NCBI GenBank assembly: GCA_041595875.1
Contig: JBFHJN010000004.1
Location: forward strand, 7,130-71,129
Reading direction: 5' to 3'
Source of the DNA: Coriobacteriia bacterium
GTDB lineage: Bacteria > Actinomycetota > Coriobacteriia > Anaerosomatales > Anaerosomataceae
DNA length: 64,000 nt
The notes beneath the pieces were generated by a model, which was not told where the DNA came from, did not search any database, and saw nothing but the letters and a program-made list of their open reading frames with translations. This document shows, piece after piece, positions 1 to 9,793 of the stretch (positions within the stretch are counted from its first letter, which is position 1; each line of letters begins with the position of its first letter). The position numbers were made by a program, and so were the translations under genes.

Positions 1-1361
1 GCCACACGCACCGCCTGAAAGACGACCTTGGGCTTGAGCTCGAGCGCCCCGGGCAGTGTGCGCAAAGACTCCTCAACCGAGGCAGCGTCGAACACCTCGA
101 GTCCGGATAGAACCTCGGCCGCCGCTTCAAGCGAGCGAGCCGCACCTTCCTTCATCAAGACCTTCTCCCGTGCGTCTTCGGTGATGCTGATCGCATCGCC
201 GAACAGGAACCGGACCGCACCGGCCACCTCATCCATCCGTTTGATGCGCTCAGATACCAGTGGCGCCAGCTCTTCGAACCACGCACGCCGTGCTGCGACA
301 TCCGCAGCATCGGTCAACCCCTCCGCTTCAAGCCACGGCACGATGCGGTCCACCAGTCCTGATGCGGACAGCTCGCGGATGTAGACGCCGTTCAGCCACT
401 CCAGCTTCTCTTCATCGAAGATGGCCGCGTTGCGTGAGACACGATCCAACGCGAAGTTCTCGGCCAGCGTCTCACGAGAGAACACGGTCGTCTCGCCGTC
501 AAGCGACCAGCCGAGAAGCGCAAGGTAGTTCAAGACAGCCTCGGGGAGGTAGCCGAGGTCTCTGTAGGCCTCGACCGATGTGGCACCGTGCCGCTTGGAG
601 AGGCGCTTGCCATCAGAACCCAGGATCATCGACAGGTGAGCGAAAATCGGCAGGGACTTTCCCAGCGCCTCATAGATGAGTATCTGCTTGGGCGTGTTGG
701 AGAGATGGTCGTCACCCCGGATCACATGAGTGATGGCCATCGTCGCATCGTCCACGGTGACCGCGAAGTTGTAGGTCGCGCTGCCGTCGGTGCGCACCAG
801 TACCAGATCATCCACGGTATCGGCCGGGAACGTCACATCGCCTCTGACAGCGTCCGGGAAGACGATCTCGCCGCGGTCTTCCGGCACTTTGAGGCGCCAT
901 ACATGCGGCTCACCGGCAGCGATACGGGCTTCGGCCTCAGAGGGAGAGAGTGCACGGCAGGTGCGGTCATAGCCCGCAAAGCCGCCCTTGGAGCGGGCAG
1001 CATTCCGCTTGACCTCGAGCTCAGCAGGCGTACAGAAGCACGGGTAGGTAGCCCCGGCACGCTTGAGCTCTTCCAGTGCCTCGGAGTAACTGGCCGTGCG
1101 CTGCGTCTGGAAGTAGGGACCGTACTGACCGCCTACGATAGGACCTTCGTCGTAGTCCATGCCCAGCCACTCCATCGCCCGCAAGATGGCCTGGGTGTTC
1201 TCCTCGGTAGAGCGTTCCGGATCCGTGTCTTCGATCCGCAGTATGAACGTGCCGCCATGTCGGCGGGCGAACGCCCAGTTGTAGATAGCTGTACGTGCGC
1301 CACCGATGTGGAGATGGCCGGTCGGACTGGGCGCGAAACGAACTCGAACGTTCTCTGACAC
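1..1361 (-). CDS. gltX: glutamyl-tRNA synthetase (C-terminus outside window)
   Basis: The minus-strand frame is open from the window edge to a GTG at 1361. It is absent from the ORF track because there is no stop inside the window. My translation starts VSENVRVRFAPSPTGHLHIGGARTAIYNWAFARRHGGTFILRIEDTDPERS (class I HIGH motif) and later contains DGKRLSKRHG (KMSKS-like). A GGAAGG Shine-Dalgarno lies just upstream. Confidence 0.9.
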   Translation of the reverse strand, partial: MSENVRVRFAPSPTGHLHIGGARTAIYNWAFARRHGGTFILRIEDTDPERSTEENTQAILRAMEWLGMDYDEGPIVGGQYGPYFQTQRTASYSEALEELKRAGATYPCFCTPAELEVKRNAARSKGGFAGYDRTCRALSPSEAEARIAAGEPHVWRLKVPEDRGEIVFPDAVRGDVTFPADTVDDLVLVRTDGSATYNFAVTVDDATMAITHVIRGDDHLSNTPKQILIYEALGKSLPIFAHLSMILGSDGKRLSKRHGATSVEAYRDLGYLPEAVLNYLALLGWSLDGETTVFSRETLAENFALDRVSRNAAIFDEEKLEWLNGVYIRELSASGLVDRIVPWLEAEGLTDAADVAARRAWFEELAPLVSERIKRMDEVAGAVRFLFGDAISITEDAREKVLMKEGAARSLEAAAEVLSGLEVFDAASVEESLRTLPGALELKPKVVFQAVRV

Positions 1362-1380
1362 GGGATTCCTTCCTTGGGTG

Positions 1381-1803
1381 TTAGTGAGTGGACTCCTGGT
1401 GGGCCTCTGGTTCGCAGACTCCGCATCGGCGAAGCAGGAACCACGTCAAGCCGATAGCCACGATGAGGAGGGCGAGGGCGGCTGCCTTCATGAGAACGTA
1501 GGTGGCATCTCCGCCGGACTCGAATATGACAAGCTTCCTGACAACGGCCACCAGGCCCGCCTCCATGACGGTGGCGATGACGTTCTTGCGCCGCATGTAT
1601 GCAAGCGCGATGTTGAAGAGCTCGATGACGATGAATACGACGAGCACCGAGTCCAGGACACGCAGAATGGAATCGGGCGTGAGGTATCCGGTCTCTGAGA
1701 CCGCCGAGTACATCTCAACGACAAGGTCCACCGCGCCAAGACCGGCGATCACCACAAGCAACAGAGCGATGATCCTCTCCAGATAGTCGACTGCCACATG
1801 CAT
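1381..1803 (-). CDS. small polytopic membrane protein, PsiE-like (phosphate-starvation-inducible E family)
   Basis: This is the 3' 140 codons of the 1381..2118 minus ORF, starting at MHVAVDYLERIIALLLVVIAGLG. It has four hydrophobic helices and a VVRKLVIFE motif as in the PsiE family. The longer N-terminal extension is rejected because it runs antisense across the metK SAM riboswitch. Confidence 0.6.
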   Translation of the reverse strand: MHVAVDYLERIIALLLVVIAGLGAVDLVVEMYSAVSETGYLTPDSILRVLDSVLVVFIVIELFNIALAYMRRKNVIATVMEAGLVAVVRKLVIFESGGDATYVLMKAAALALLIVAIGLTWFLLRRCGVCEPEAHQESTH

Positions 1804-1894
1804 GAATCTGTGAAGCACGATGCACCTCCCTGTAGTCCGTTGACACACGACATCATAGCAGCCTGACAGCGAGCAGACCCTCCCTTCGGTCCTC

Positions 1895-1923
1895 TTGTAG
1901 ACCCGCACCCCGCATGGTAAGCT
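1895..1923 (+). promoter_or_regulatory. candidate sigma-70 promoter of the metK leader
   Basis: TTGTAG (1895-1900), a 17 nt spacer, then TGG-TAAGCT (extended -10, 1918-1923). The predicted start near 1930 coincides with the 5' end of riboswitch helix P1. Confidence 0.5.
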
Positions 1924-1927
1924 GCGT

Positions 1928-2062
1928 TCACTCATCAAGAGGCAGTGCACGAGCACTGCAGAGGGTCGAGGGACCGCACCCGACGACACCCCGGCAACCG
2001 ACGTGAAAGCGACGCACGGTGCCACATTGCGGCAGGCGATCGATGGCCTGGCAGATGAGGGA
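1928..2062 (+). promoter_or_regulatory. SAM-I (S-box) riboswitch aptamer upstream of metK
   Basis: The conserved S-box strings are present: CTCATCAAGAG ... GAGGGAC..CACCCGACGACACCCCGGCAACC ... GGTGCCACATTGCGGCAG ... GCAGATGAG. P1 is CTCATC (1931-1936) paired with GATGAG (2054-2059). The downstream segment TCCCTCGTC (2093-2101) can pair with the P1 3' strand GATGAGGGA as an alternative structure. Confidence 0.85.
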
Positions 2063-2184
2063 ATATCGTCGGCCTCACTCGCCGTATGTATGTCCCTCGT
2101 CCGTCCGGACAGGGGCATTTTCTCTTGTCCGGAGATGATAACGGCGAAGCCCGGCGCTACCGGGCGCGACAGTTTGGAGGCTAT

Positions 2185-3432
2185 ATGTTCGAACGAGACT
2201 TCCTCTTCACCTCGGAATCAGTCACCGAAGGACACCCCGACAAGATGTGTGACCAGATATCCGACGCGATCTTGGACGCGATCCTCGCCCGCGAGGCGGT
2301 TCTCGAGTCCGAAGGATACGTCACCGACTCGGGCGTCAAGGCATCGCTCGAGAACGTCCGCGTTGCCTGCGAGACCATGACCACGACAGGTCTGATCGTA
2401 GTGGCCGGCGAGATCCGCACGCGTGCATACGTCGATATCGCCCAGATCGTGCGCGACACGGTCAAAGACATCGGCTACACCCGTGCCAAGTTCGGATTCG
2501 ACTACGAGACCTGCGGCGTCCTCACCGCGATCCACGAGCAGAGCGCCGACATAGCGATGGGCGTTGACGAAGCATACGAGACCAAGCACGGAAAGTCGGA
2601 CCCGATAGACCTCGTTGGCGCCGGCGACCAGGGGATGATGTTCGGCTACGCCTGCAATGAGACGACCCAGCTCATGCCGATGCCCATCTATCTCGCTCAC
2701 CGCCTTGCGGAGCGTCTCACAGCCGTGCGTAAAGCGGACGTCCTTGACTATCTGCGTCCCGACGGCAAGACCCAGGTCACCGTTCGGTACACCGACGGCA
2801 AGCCCGTGGCGGTTGAGAAGATCCTCATCTCGTGCCAGCACGCCGACGGTGTGGATATCGAGAACCTCATGCGTCCCGACTTCATGGAGCACATCATCGA
2901 ACCGGTCCTCTCGGCAGAAGACATCGAGTGGAAAGGCGCCGAGATATACGTCAACCCGACTGGCCGCTTCGTCATCGGTGGTCCTATGGGAGACTCCGGC
3001 CTGACCGGACGCAAGATCATCGTGGACACCTATGGAGGCATGGGTCGACACGGTGGCGGCGCCTTCTCGGGCAAGGACTGCACCAAGGTAGACCGTTCCG
3101 CCGCATATGCCGCTCGTTGGGTGGCCAAGAACGTGGTCGCAGCGGGGCTTGCTGACCGCTGTGAGATCCAGCTTGCGTACGCTATCGGCGTAGCTCACCC
3201 TCTGTCAGTGCTGGTGGAGACCTTCGGCACGGAGAAGGTGGCGATCGAGAAGATCGAGAAGGCGATCGGTCAGGTCTTCGACCTGCGTCCTGGCGCCATC
3301 ATCCGCGACCTCGACCTGCGTCGACCGATCTATCGCAAGACCGCTGCCTATGGTCACTTCGGTCGCGATGACGCGGACTTCACATGGGAGCGCACCGACC
3401 GCGTAGACCAGCTGCTCGCAGCCGTCGAGTAA
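2185..3432 (+). CDS. metK: S-adenosylmethionine synthetase
   Basis: [44 protein letters not shown] and GGGAFSGKD motifs. GGAGG lies 5 nt upstream of the ATG at 2185. The ORF-track start at 2086 lies inside the riboswitch leader. Confidence 0.95.
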   Translation: MFERDFLFTSESVTEGHPDKMCDQISDAILDAILAREAVLESEGYVTDSGVKASLENVRVACETMTTTGLIVVAGEIRTRAYVDIAQIVRDTVKDIGYTRAKFGFDYETCGVLTAIHEQSADIAMGVDEAYETKHGKSDPIDLVGAGDQGMMFGYACNETTQLMPMPIYLAHRLAERLTAVRKADVLDYLRPDGKTQVTVRYTDGKPVAVEKILISCQHADGVDIENLMRPDFMEHIIEPVLSAEDIEWKGAEIYVNPTGRFVIGGPMGDSGLTGRKIIVDTYGGMGRHGGGAFSGKDCTKVDRSAAYAARWVAKNVVAAGLADRCEIQLAYAIGVAHPLSVLVETFGTEKVAIEKIEKAIGQVFDLRPGAIIRDLDLRRPIYRKTAAYGHFGRDDADFTWERTDRVDQLLAAVE

Positions 3433-3448
3433 CAACAGCTGAAACTGC

Positions 3449-3482
3449 CGAAGGCCGCTGACCACTATGTCAGCGGCCTTCG
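3449..3482 (+). terminator. hairpin terminator after metK (no strong U tract)
   Basis: Perfect 14 bp stem CGAAGGCCGCTGAC / GTCAGCGGCCTTCG with a 6 nt loop, 17 nt after the metK stop. Confidence 0.55.
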
Positions 3483-3495
3483 CTATGCTGTAGAG

Positions 3496-5895
3496 ATGAA
3501 ACCTTCATCCTCATCCATGTTCGCCCGCATCGTTGTCGATCTGCCGACGCGCGCTCTCAGTGAGCCCTTCGACTATGCGATACCGGACTCGCTCGTGAGT
3601 CAGGTCGAGGTGGGGGTCCCGGTGCTCGTCCCGTTCGGCACTACCATGGCTGTGGGCTATGTCGTGGCGCTCGGCCATGAGACGAGTGTCAGCGAGGTGC
3701 GGCCGCTCGACAGCGTCTTAGGCGCGCGGCTGTTCGACGCCGACGCCATCGATCTCGCACTCTGGATCGCCGAGGAGTACCTGGCGCCGCTGAGCGAGTC
3801 CCTGCGGCTGTTCCTGCCACCCGGTGGTTCGCCACGGCTCGTCCGCGGGTATACCGCCTGCGGGGAGCGTCCTGATGGCCCCGGGGCGAAGCTGTTCGAC
3901 CTGGCGGCGCGTGAGAGGGGTCTCACCGACTCGGAACTCGGGCGTCCGGGATCTACGGAGCGTCGTCTTGCCGCGAGGCTGCTGAGCGCAGGCGTACTGA
4001 AGCGGACCTACCGCCTGGAGCCGCCGAAGATGTCGGCTGTAAGCGAGCGGTTCGCCACGCTCGCTTCCAACGCTGCAGATCATGTCCCCGCGAAGAACGC
4101 GTCCATGCAGCGCGCTATCATGGCCGCGCTGGCCAACGGGCCGGTCTCAACAGCGGAGCTTCGTGCGGAGTTGGGAACCATCGATCCCGCCTTGAAGCGC
4201 CTCTCAGACCTTGGTGTCGTGGAGTTGACCAGACGTGAGCGTCTAAGGCTCCCGCAAACCCGATCCCAGGCTGCACCCAGGCACGATCGCCTCTCGGAAG
4301 GTCAGCGCCTGGCGCTCACTGCCCTGCAAGAATCCAGGGAATCCGGCGGCGGCGTGGTCTTGCTTGACGGAGTCACAGGTTCAGGCAAGACGGAGGTCTA
4401 TCTCCGTGCCATAGAGGAGGCGCTTTCGGCCGGCGGGCGTGCCATCGTGCTCGTACCTGAGATATCGCTGACTCCTCAGACGGTGGGTCGCTTCCGGTCG
4501 CGCTTCGGCGACCGGGTCGCGGTGTTGCACAGCCGACTCTCCGACGGAGAACGGTACGACCAGTGGAGGATGGCGTTGGCCGGTGAGGTCGATGTGGTCG
4601 TCGGCGCGCGCTCCGCGCTCTTCGCTCCATTGCCCGATATCCACCTCGTGGTGATCGACGAGGAGCACGAATCGTCCTACAAACAATCCAGCACGCCGCG
4701 ATATCACACGCGGGACGTCGCGGCGCGTCTGTGCGCGTCGCGCGGAGCCACGCTCGTGCTGGGCTCGGCCACACCGAGCATGGAATCGCAGATCGCTGCA
4801 GAGCAAGGCACGTATCGGCGAGTGGAACTGTCTGAGCGGGTGGGTGGGGGCACTCCACCTGCGATACACGTCGTGGACATGGGGGCGGAGTTCTCAGACG
4901 GTCATCGCTCGATGTTCTCCAGGCCGCTGTTGGCAGGACTGCATGCGACGATGGAGGCGGGGGACAAGGCGGTCCTGTTCTTGAACCGGCGCGGCTACGC
5001 GTCATTCCTGCTGTGTCGCGAATGCGGCTTCGTACCGCAGTGCGACTCGTGCGCAGTATCGTTCACGTACCACGAACAGGGCGACACCCTCGCGTGTCAT
5101 CATTGCGGGGCCAAGGCTCCCGTACCCAAGGTATGCCCCCGCTGCTCCAGCCCCTTCCTTCGACGCTTCGGGGCTGGGACCCAGCGTGTCGAAGACGAGC
5201 TGCGGCAAGAGTTTCCCGGCGTGCCTGTCGTGCGAATGGACGCGGACACCACATCCGGCAAGGGTGGACACGAGCGCGCGCTGATGGAGTTCGAGTCACT
5301 GGAGAGCGGCATCTTGCTCGGCACGCAGATGGTCGCCAAAGGACTGGACTACCCGGAGGTCACACTGGTCGGTGTCATCAACGCCGACACGACGATGCAT
5401 GTCCCGGACTTCCGTGCCACGGAACGGACGTTCCAGCTACTGGAGCAGGTGGCGGGCCGGGCGGGTCGTGGCAACAGGCCGGGCCAGGTGTTCATCCAGA
5501 CATACTGGCCGGATCATCCGGCCGTGATCGCGGTATCACGTCGCGACGCTAAGATCGTGTACGCCGAGGAACGGTCTGCTCGAACCGCCCTCCGATACCC
5601 GCCGTTCGGGCGCCTGGTCAACGTCGTGGTCACGTCAGGCGACCTCTCTGCGGCCACGCAGGCGGCGTCTCTGGTGACTGAAGCGCTACAGTCCCGCATC
5701 CCTGACGGGTGGACCGTTCTGGGGCCCGCGCCGGCACCCCTTGCACGCCTCAAAGGTCGTCATCGGTGGCACGCTCTACTCAAGGCGCCCCCGGGCGCGC
5801 AGGTAGCGGCGGTGCTTGCTGCAGCGCTGGACACGGTCAAGCTCCCTGACGATGTGATCCTGACGACCGACGTGGATCCCATGGACCTCGTCTGA
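3496..5895 (+). CDS. priA: primosomal protein N' (replication restart helicase PriA)
   Basis: 799 aa. Walker A GVTGSGKTEVY, DEEH box (VVIDEEHESSYKQ) and Cys-rich zinc-binding insert (CRECGFVPQCDSCAVSFTYH..LACHHCG...CPRC). The start could alternatively be the ATG at 3517. Confidence 0.9.
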   Translation: MKPSSSSMFARIVVDLPTRALSEPFDYAIPDSLVSQVEVGVPVLVPFGTTMAVGYVVALGHETSVSEVRPLDSVLGARLFDADAIDLALWIAEEYLAPLSESLRLFLPPGGSPRLVRGYTACGERPDGPGAKLFDLAARERGLTDSELGRPGSTERRLAARLLSAGVLKRTYRLEPPKMSAVSERFATLASNAADHVPAKNASMQRAIMAALANGPVSTAELRAELGTIDPALKRLSDLGVVELTRRERLRLPQTRSQAAPRHDRLSEGQRLALTALQESRESGGGVVLLDGVTGSGKTEVYLRAIEEALSAGGRAIVLVPEISLTPQTVGRFRSRFGDRVAVLHSRLSDGERYDQWRMALAGEVDVVVGARSALFAPLPDIHLVVIDEEHESSYKQSSTPRYHTRDVAARLCASRGATLVLGSATPSMESQIAAEQGTYRRVELSERVGGGTPPAIHVVDMGAEFSDGHRSMFSRPLLAGLHATMEAGDKAVLFLNRRGYASFLLCRECGFVPQCDSCAVSFTYHEQGDTLACHHCGAKAPVPKVCPRCSSPFLRRFGAGTQRVEDELRQEFPGVPVVRMDADTTSGKGGHERALMEFESLESGILLGTQMVAKGLDYPEVTLVGVINADTTMHVPDFRATERTFQLLEQVAGRAGRGNRPGQVFIQTYWPDHPAVIAVSRRDAKIVYAEERSARTALRYPPFGRLVNVVVTSGDLSAATQAASLVTEALQSRIPDGWTVLGPAPAPLARLKGRHRWHALLKAPPGAQVAAVLAAALDTVKLPDDVILTTDVDPMDLV

Positions 5896-5991
5896 CAGGG
5901 CTTGGCTATGCGTTGTAGAATGGACAACACATGCGGCAAGCTTATTGCTGCATGTCGGCAGTGAAGACAAACGATCGGGAGTCGTTAGAAC

Positions 5992-6489
5992 ATGGATATC
6001 TTGACCCATCCAAATCCGGTTCTTAAGCAAAGAGCCGCTGAAGTAGACGTAGCAAGCGACAAAGACCTGCGCCCACTCGTCCGCAAGATGGCCGAGGCCA
6101 TGTACGAGAATGCGGGTGTCGGCCTTGCGGCGCCACAGATCGGCGTGTCCAAGCGCGTGATCATCTTCGATGTGGACGACCAGCTATCGGCTTTGTGCAA
6201 CCCGGTGATCGTTGAGAGGTCCGAGGAGACGGAAGTCGATGAAGAGGGCTGTCTTTCTGTCCCCGGCATCTCGGTCCCCGTCAAACGGGCATGTTCAGTG
6301 GTCTGTACCGGCACCACCCTCGATGGCAAGGATGTCACGCTTCGGGCCGATGAGTTCCTTGCGCGTGTCTTGCAGCACGAGACCGACCACCTCGACGGCA
6401 CGATCATCCTCGACCGGCTTGACGCCGAGGAGCGAAAGGGCGCGATCAAGGCGTACAACGCCGCAAACGAGCCACTGCAGATAGGGTGA
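5992..6489 (+). CDS. def: peptide deformylase
   Basis: GVGLAAPQIG, EGCLSVPG and HETDHLDG motifs. Confidence 0.95.
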   Translation: MDILTHPNPVLKQRAAEVDVASDKDLRPLVRKMAEAMYENAGVGLAAPQIGVSKRVIIFDVDDQLSALCNPVIVERSEETEVDEEGCLSVPGISVPVKRACSVVCTGTTLDGKDVTLRADEFLARVLQHETDHLDGTIILDRLDAEERKGAIKAYNAANEPLQIG

Positions 6490-6509
6490 CGGTTCTCAAA
6501 GGGGGGCGC

Positions 6510-7433
6510 ATGAACGTCGTCTTCATGGGCACGCCCGATTTCGCTGTTCCCAGCCTGAGGCTGCTGGCTGCACATCATGATGTCAGCGCGGTCTACACCC
6601 GACCCGACGCTGTTTCCAGGCGTGGCAACGCCCTTGTCGCCCCGCCCGTGAAGGTCGTGGCCACCAAGCTCGGCATCCCCGTGTATCAGCCGGGTTCATT
6701 GCGTGACGCAGTCGAGGTGGAGCGCCTTGTCGAGCTCGCACCTGACGTCATCTGTGTGGCGGCATACGGCATGATCCTGCCCAAAGACGTGCTGTCCATT
6801 CCTCGATTCGGTTGCATAAACGTCCATGCCTCGCTGTTGCCGCGCCACCGCGGCGCCGCGCCTGTCCATCGCGCGGTCCTGGACGGCGACGAGCTCCTCG
6901 GCGTCAGTATCATGCGGATGGAGGAAGGGCTCGACACCGGACCATACGCGATGCAGCGTAGCCTGCAAGGCGGTCACATGAGCGTCGAGCAGCTGACCGA
7001 CCTTCTTGCCGAGCAGGGCGCCGAGGCTCTGCTGGAGGTGCTGGAGCAGGTCGCCGGCGGGAGTGTCGAATGGGTCGCTCAGGACGACTCGGCATCCACC
7101 TACGCTCCCAAGATCTCACGTGACGATGTCGCCCTGCACCCGGATCTGTCGGTTGAAGATGCTCTTCGCCGGGTGCGCGCCTCCACAAGGCAGGCACCAT
7201 CGCGCCTTCTTATCGGCGAGGTCATGGTGACGGTCGTGCACGCGAGCGATTCTCAGAAAAGCCTCAACCGCGGCGAGGTGAACGCTTCACCGGACGGTCT
7301 CCTTATCGGTCTTGCGGACGGCGCGCTGCGTCTGGACCGTATCCGCCCTGCAGGGAAGAGTGACATGGATGGCGGCGCATGGGTATGCGGCGCGAGACTG
7401 CCCCAACCGTGCAAATGGAAGGCGACATCATGA
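6510..7433 (+). CDS. fmt: methionyl-tRNA formyltransferase
   Basis: MNVVFMGTPDFAVPSL N-terminus and HASLLPRHRGAAPV motif. An AGGGGGG RBS precedes the ATG at 6510. The ORF-track start is a GTG at 6486. Confidence 0.92.
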   Translation: MNVVFMGTPDFAVPSLRLLAAHHDVSAVYTRPDAVSRRGNALVAPPVKVVATKLGIPVYQPGSLRDAVEVERLVELAPDVICVAAYGMILPKDVLSIPRFGCINVHASLLPRHRGAAPVHRAVLDGDELLGVSIMRMEEGLDTGPYAMQRSLQGGHMSVEQLTDLLAEQGAEALLEVLEQVAGGSVEWVAQDDSASTYAPKISRDDVALHPDLSVEDALRRVRASTRQAPSRLLIGEVMVTVVHASDSQKSLNRGEVNASPDGLLIGLADGALRLDRIRPAGKSDMDGGAWVCGARLPQPCKWKATS

Positions 7434-8794
7434 GAGTCTCCCCCTCGCGTCACGCAGCAATCGGGATCCTGTCCGACATCAGGAGGCGTGGAGCGTTCTC
7501 GCGCCCTGTCGTGGACGCTGCCGTCAGTGCATCGAAGCTCTCCCGTGAGGACGCGGCATTCGCCTCACGTCTGGTCTACGGGGTCATCACGGCCGAAGGG
7601 ATGCTCGACGACATCATCAACGAGTTCGCCAAACGCCCCGGCGCGGTAGAGCCGCGCGTCAGGGACTCGCTACGGATGTCCATCTACGAGATCCTCTTCC
7701 TGAGGACTCCCGCGCGTGCGGCGGTCCATCAAGGGGTGGACGCTGTCCGGACGGTGCGTCCCGCAGCATCCGGATTCGCGAACGCTGTCTTGCGACGAGT
7801 CGCCGAGAGGGCCGATACGTTCCCGTGGGGAGATCCGTCCAAAGACCGCGATGCGCTGGCCCGTGCCTCGGCCTCGCCACGGTGGCTGGTGGACCGGTTC
7901 ATCGACGATCTCGGCCTTGATGCGGCAACCGCCGCTCTCATGTCAGGACTTGAAGCGCCGCCCATGTTCGTTCGCGTCAATCCGTATCGTGCCACTGTCG
8001 AGGAGGCGTTCGATCTTCTGGCTGACGACGGCGCCATGCCTCAGTCCAGCCCACCGGATCAGGCGTGTATCCGTTGTGATGGCGCCCGCGAGGCTGTCCA
8101 TGGACAGGCGCTGGAACGGGGGCTGGTCGTCGTCACCGACGCGGCTGCGCAGGTGGCTCCCATTGCGTGCGCCCCGAAGCCCGGCTCGAAGATCCTCGAT
8201 GTCGGGGCCGGCAGGGGGACCAAGACGGCGGTCTTGCAGGGTATCGCGCTCGGTCAAGGCGGGCCCGCGGAAGTCACTGCCGTGGACATCCACGGGTTCA
8301 AGCTCGACACACTGGCGGTCACGATGGAATCTTTGGGTATCCCTTCGGCCAGGACGGAAGTGCTGGACGCTACCGACGCCGCAGCGCTGGAGGCGCTTGG
8401 TGACGGGTTCGACATAGTACTGGTGGATGCCCCTTGTTCGGGACTGGGCACCTTGCGCAGGCACCCGGAGAAGCGCTGGCGCCTGGTTCCCGAGGACATA
8501 GAACGCCTTGTGAGCCTGCAGTCGTCCCTGCTTGATGCGGCGTCACGCGCTGTTCGTCCGGGAGGAGTTGTGGTGTACTCTACGTGCACGGTCACCCGCG
8601 CGGAGAACCAAGGTGTCGTCTCGGCGTTTCTTGCCGGCGACAGGGGAGACGGGTTCGAGGTCAAACCACTGCACGATGCAGTGCCAGAAGACTGGCAACG
8701 CTTCATCACCACCGAGGGTATGTTCTGTTCGTGGCCGGAATCCGGCGGCGCAGACGGGCACTTCGTGGCTGCACTTGCGCGAACACGTGCATAG
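7430..8794 (+). CDS. rsmB: 16S rRNA (cytosine967-C5)-methyltransferase RsmB/Sun
   Basis: NusB-like N-terminal domain followed by a SAM methyltransferase domain (DVGAGRGTKT, VLVDAPCSGLGTLRRHPE, VYSTCT). The ATG at 7430 overlaps the fmt stop (ATGA). Confidence 0.88.
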   Translation: MRVSPSRHAAIGILSDIRRRGAFSRPVVDAAVSASKLSREDAAFASRLVYGVITAEGMLDDIINEFAKRPGAVEPRVRDSLRMSIYEILFLRTPARAAVHQGVDAVRTVRPAASGFANAVLRRVAERADTFPWGDPSKDRDALARASASPRWLVDRFIDDLGLDAATAALMSGLEAPPMFVRVNPYRATVEEAFDLLADDGAMPQSSPPDQACIRCDGAREAVHGQALERGLVVVTDAAAQVAPIACAPKPGSKILDVGAGRGTKTAVLQGIALGQGGPAEVTAVDIHGFKLDTLAVTMESLGIPSARTEVLDATDAAALEALGDGFDIVLVDAPCSGLGTLRRHPEKRWRLVPEDIERLVSLQSSLLDAASRAVRPGGVVVYSTCTVTRAENQGVVSAFLAGDRGDGFEVKPLHDAVPEDWQRFITTEGMFCSWPESGGADGHFVAALARTRA

Positions 8795-8827
8795 AACCGA
8801 ATCGCTTCGTATGAAGGAGGACATCCG

Positions 8828-9793
8828 ATGCGCAACACCCGTATCGTAGAGATGCTCGAGGTGACCGAGGCTGCCGCTCTGGCCGCAGGTCGTTGGATGG
8901 GCAAGGGAAACAAGGACGCTGCAGATCTTGCGGCGGTCGAGGCTATGCGTCAGGCGTTCGACATCTTGGATATCTCCGGTGAGATCGTCATCGGTGAGGG
9001 CGAGCGAGATGAAGCTCCGATGCTCTACATCGGCGAGAAGGTCGGTGGCGGCGGCGAGGAGATCGACATCGCCGTGGATCCGCTCGAGGGCACCAACCTC
9101 ACCGCCTACGGGCAGCCCAACTCGCTCGCCGTGCTCGCGTTCGGTCCCAAAGGAACGCTTCTCAACGCGCCCGATACCTACATGTGGAAGGTCGCTGCCG
9201 GTCCTGCCGCCAACGGCGCTGTCCACATCGATGCCACTCCCACCGAGAACGTCGTCAACGTGGCCAAGGCACTCAAGCGTCCCGTCGAGGACATCGTCGT
9301 GTGCATCCTGGAGCGCGACCGACACAACGATCTCATCAAAGAAGTCCGGGAAAGCGGCGCCAGGATACGCCTGATATCTGACGGCGACGTGTTCGGCGCC
9401 GTAGCCACCGCCATCGAAGGCACAGGCATCCACCTCTACATGGGAGCAGGAGGCGCGCCTGAGGGTGTCCTGGCGGCCACTGCGATGAAGTGCATCGGCG
9501 GGACATTCATGGGACGGTTCCAGTTCCGCAGCGATGAAGAGCGGGCACGTGCCGAGAAGATGGCTGATTGCGACATCGACGACGTTCTTACGATGGATTG
9601 TCTGGTCAACACCGATGAGGCTGCGTTCATCGCAACCGGCGTCACCGACGGCGAGCTCCTGCGCGGCGTGAAGTACTTCGGTCAGGGCGCGCGGACTCAT
9701 TCGCTGGCGATGGACAATAAGACCGGCACCGTGCGTTTCATCGAGACGGTCTATCGCACGGGCAACGAGAAGTTCTGGGTCCGAATGGACTGA
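8828..9793 (+). CDS. glpX: class II fructose-1,6-bisphosphatase (GlpX type)
   Basis: VTEAAALAAGRWMGKGNKDAADLAAVEAMR and DIAVDPLEGTN are GlpX family signatures. AAGGAGG RBS. Confidence 0.92.
   Translation: MRNTRIVEMLEVTEAAALAAGRWMGKGNKDAADLAAVEAMRQAFDILDISGEIVIGEGERDEAPMLYIGEKVGGGGEEIDIAVDPLEGTNLTAYGQPNSLAVLAFGPKGTLLNAPDTYMWKVAAGPAANGAVHIDATPTENVVNVAKALKRPVEDIVVCILERDRHNDLIKEVRESGARIRLISDGDVFGAVATAIEGTGIHLYMGAGGAPEGVLAATAMKCIGGTFMGRFQFRSDEERARAEKMADCDIDDVLTMDCLVNTDEAAFIATGVTDGELLRGVKYFGQGARTHSLAMDNKTGTVRFIETVYRTGNEKFWVRMD

Noticed and set aside
588-1358. 256 aa + strand ORF, plus several smaller ORFs in 28..1444
   Set aside because: It lies antisense or off-frame to a clearly recognisable gltX on the minus strand (HIGH and KMSKS motifs). 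The translation is Arg/Gly/Ala-rich with no recognisable family. This is a typical high-GC shadow ORF.
1804-2118. N-terminal extension of the 245 aa minus-strand ORF (1381..2118)
   Set aside because: The extension runs antisense through the SAM-I riboswitch and the metK promoter and has Ser/Arg/Ala-rich non-protein-like composition. The PsiE-like membrane protein begins at the internal ATG at 1803.
2218-3198. 326 aa minus-strand ORF
   Set aside because: It is entirely antisense to metK. The sequence is low-complexity, rich in Gly/Val/Asp/Arg/His.
8543-9700. 385 aa minus-strand ORF
   Set aside because: It is antisense to the rsmB 3' end and to glpX, both of which have strong family signatures. 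It has no motifs of its own.
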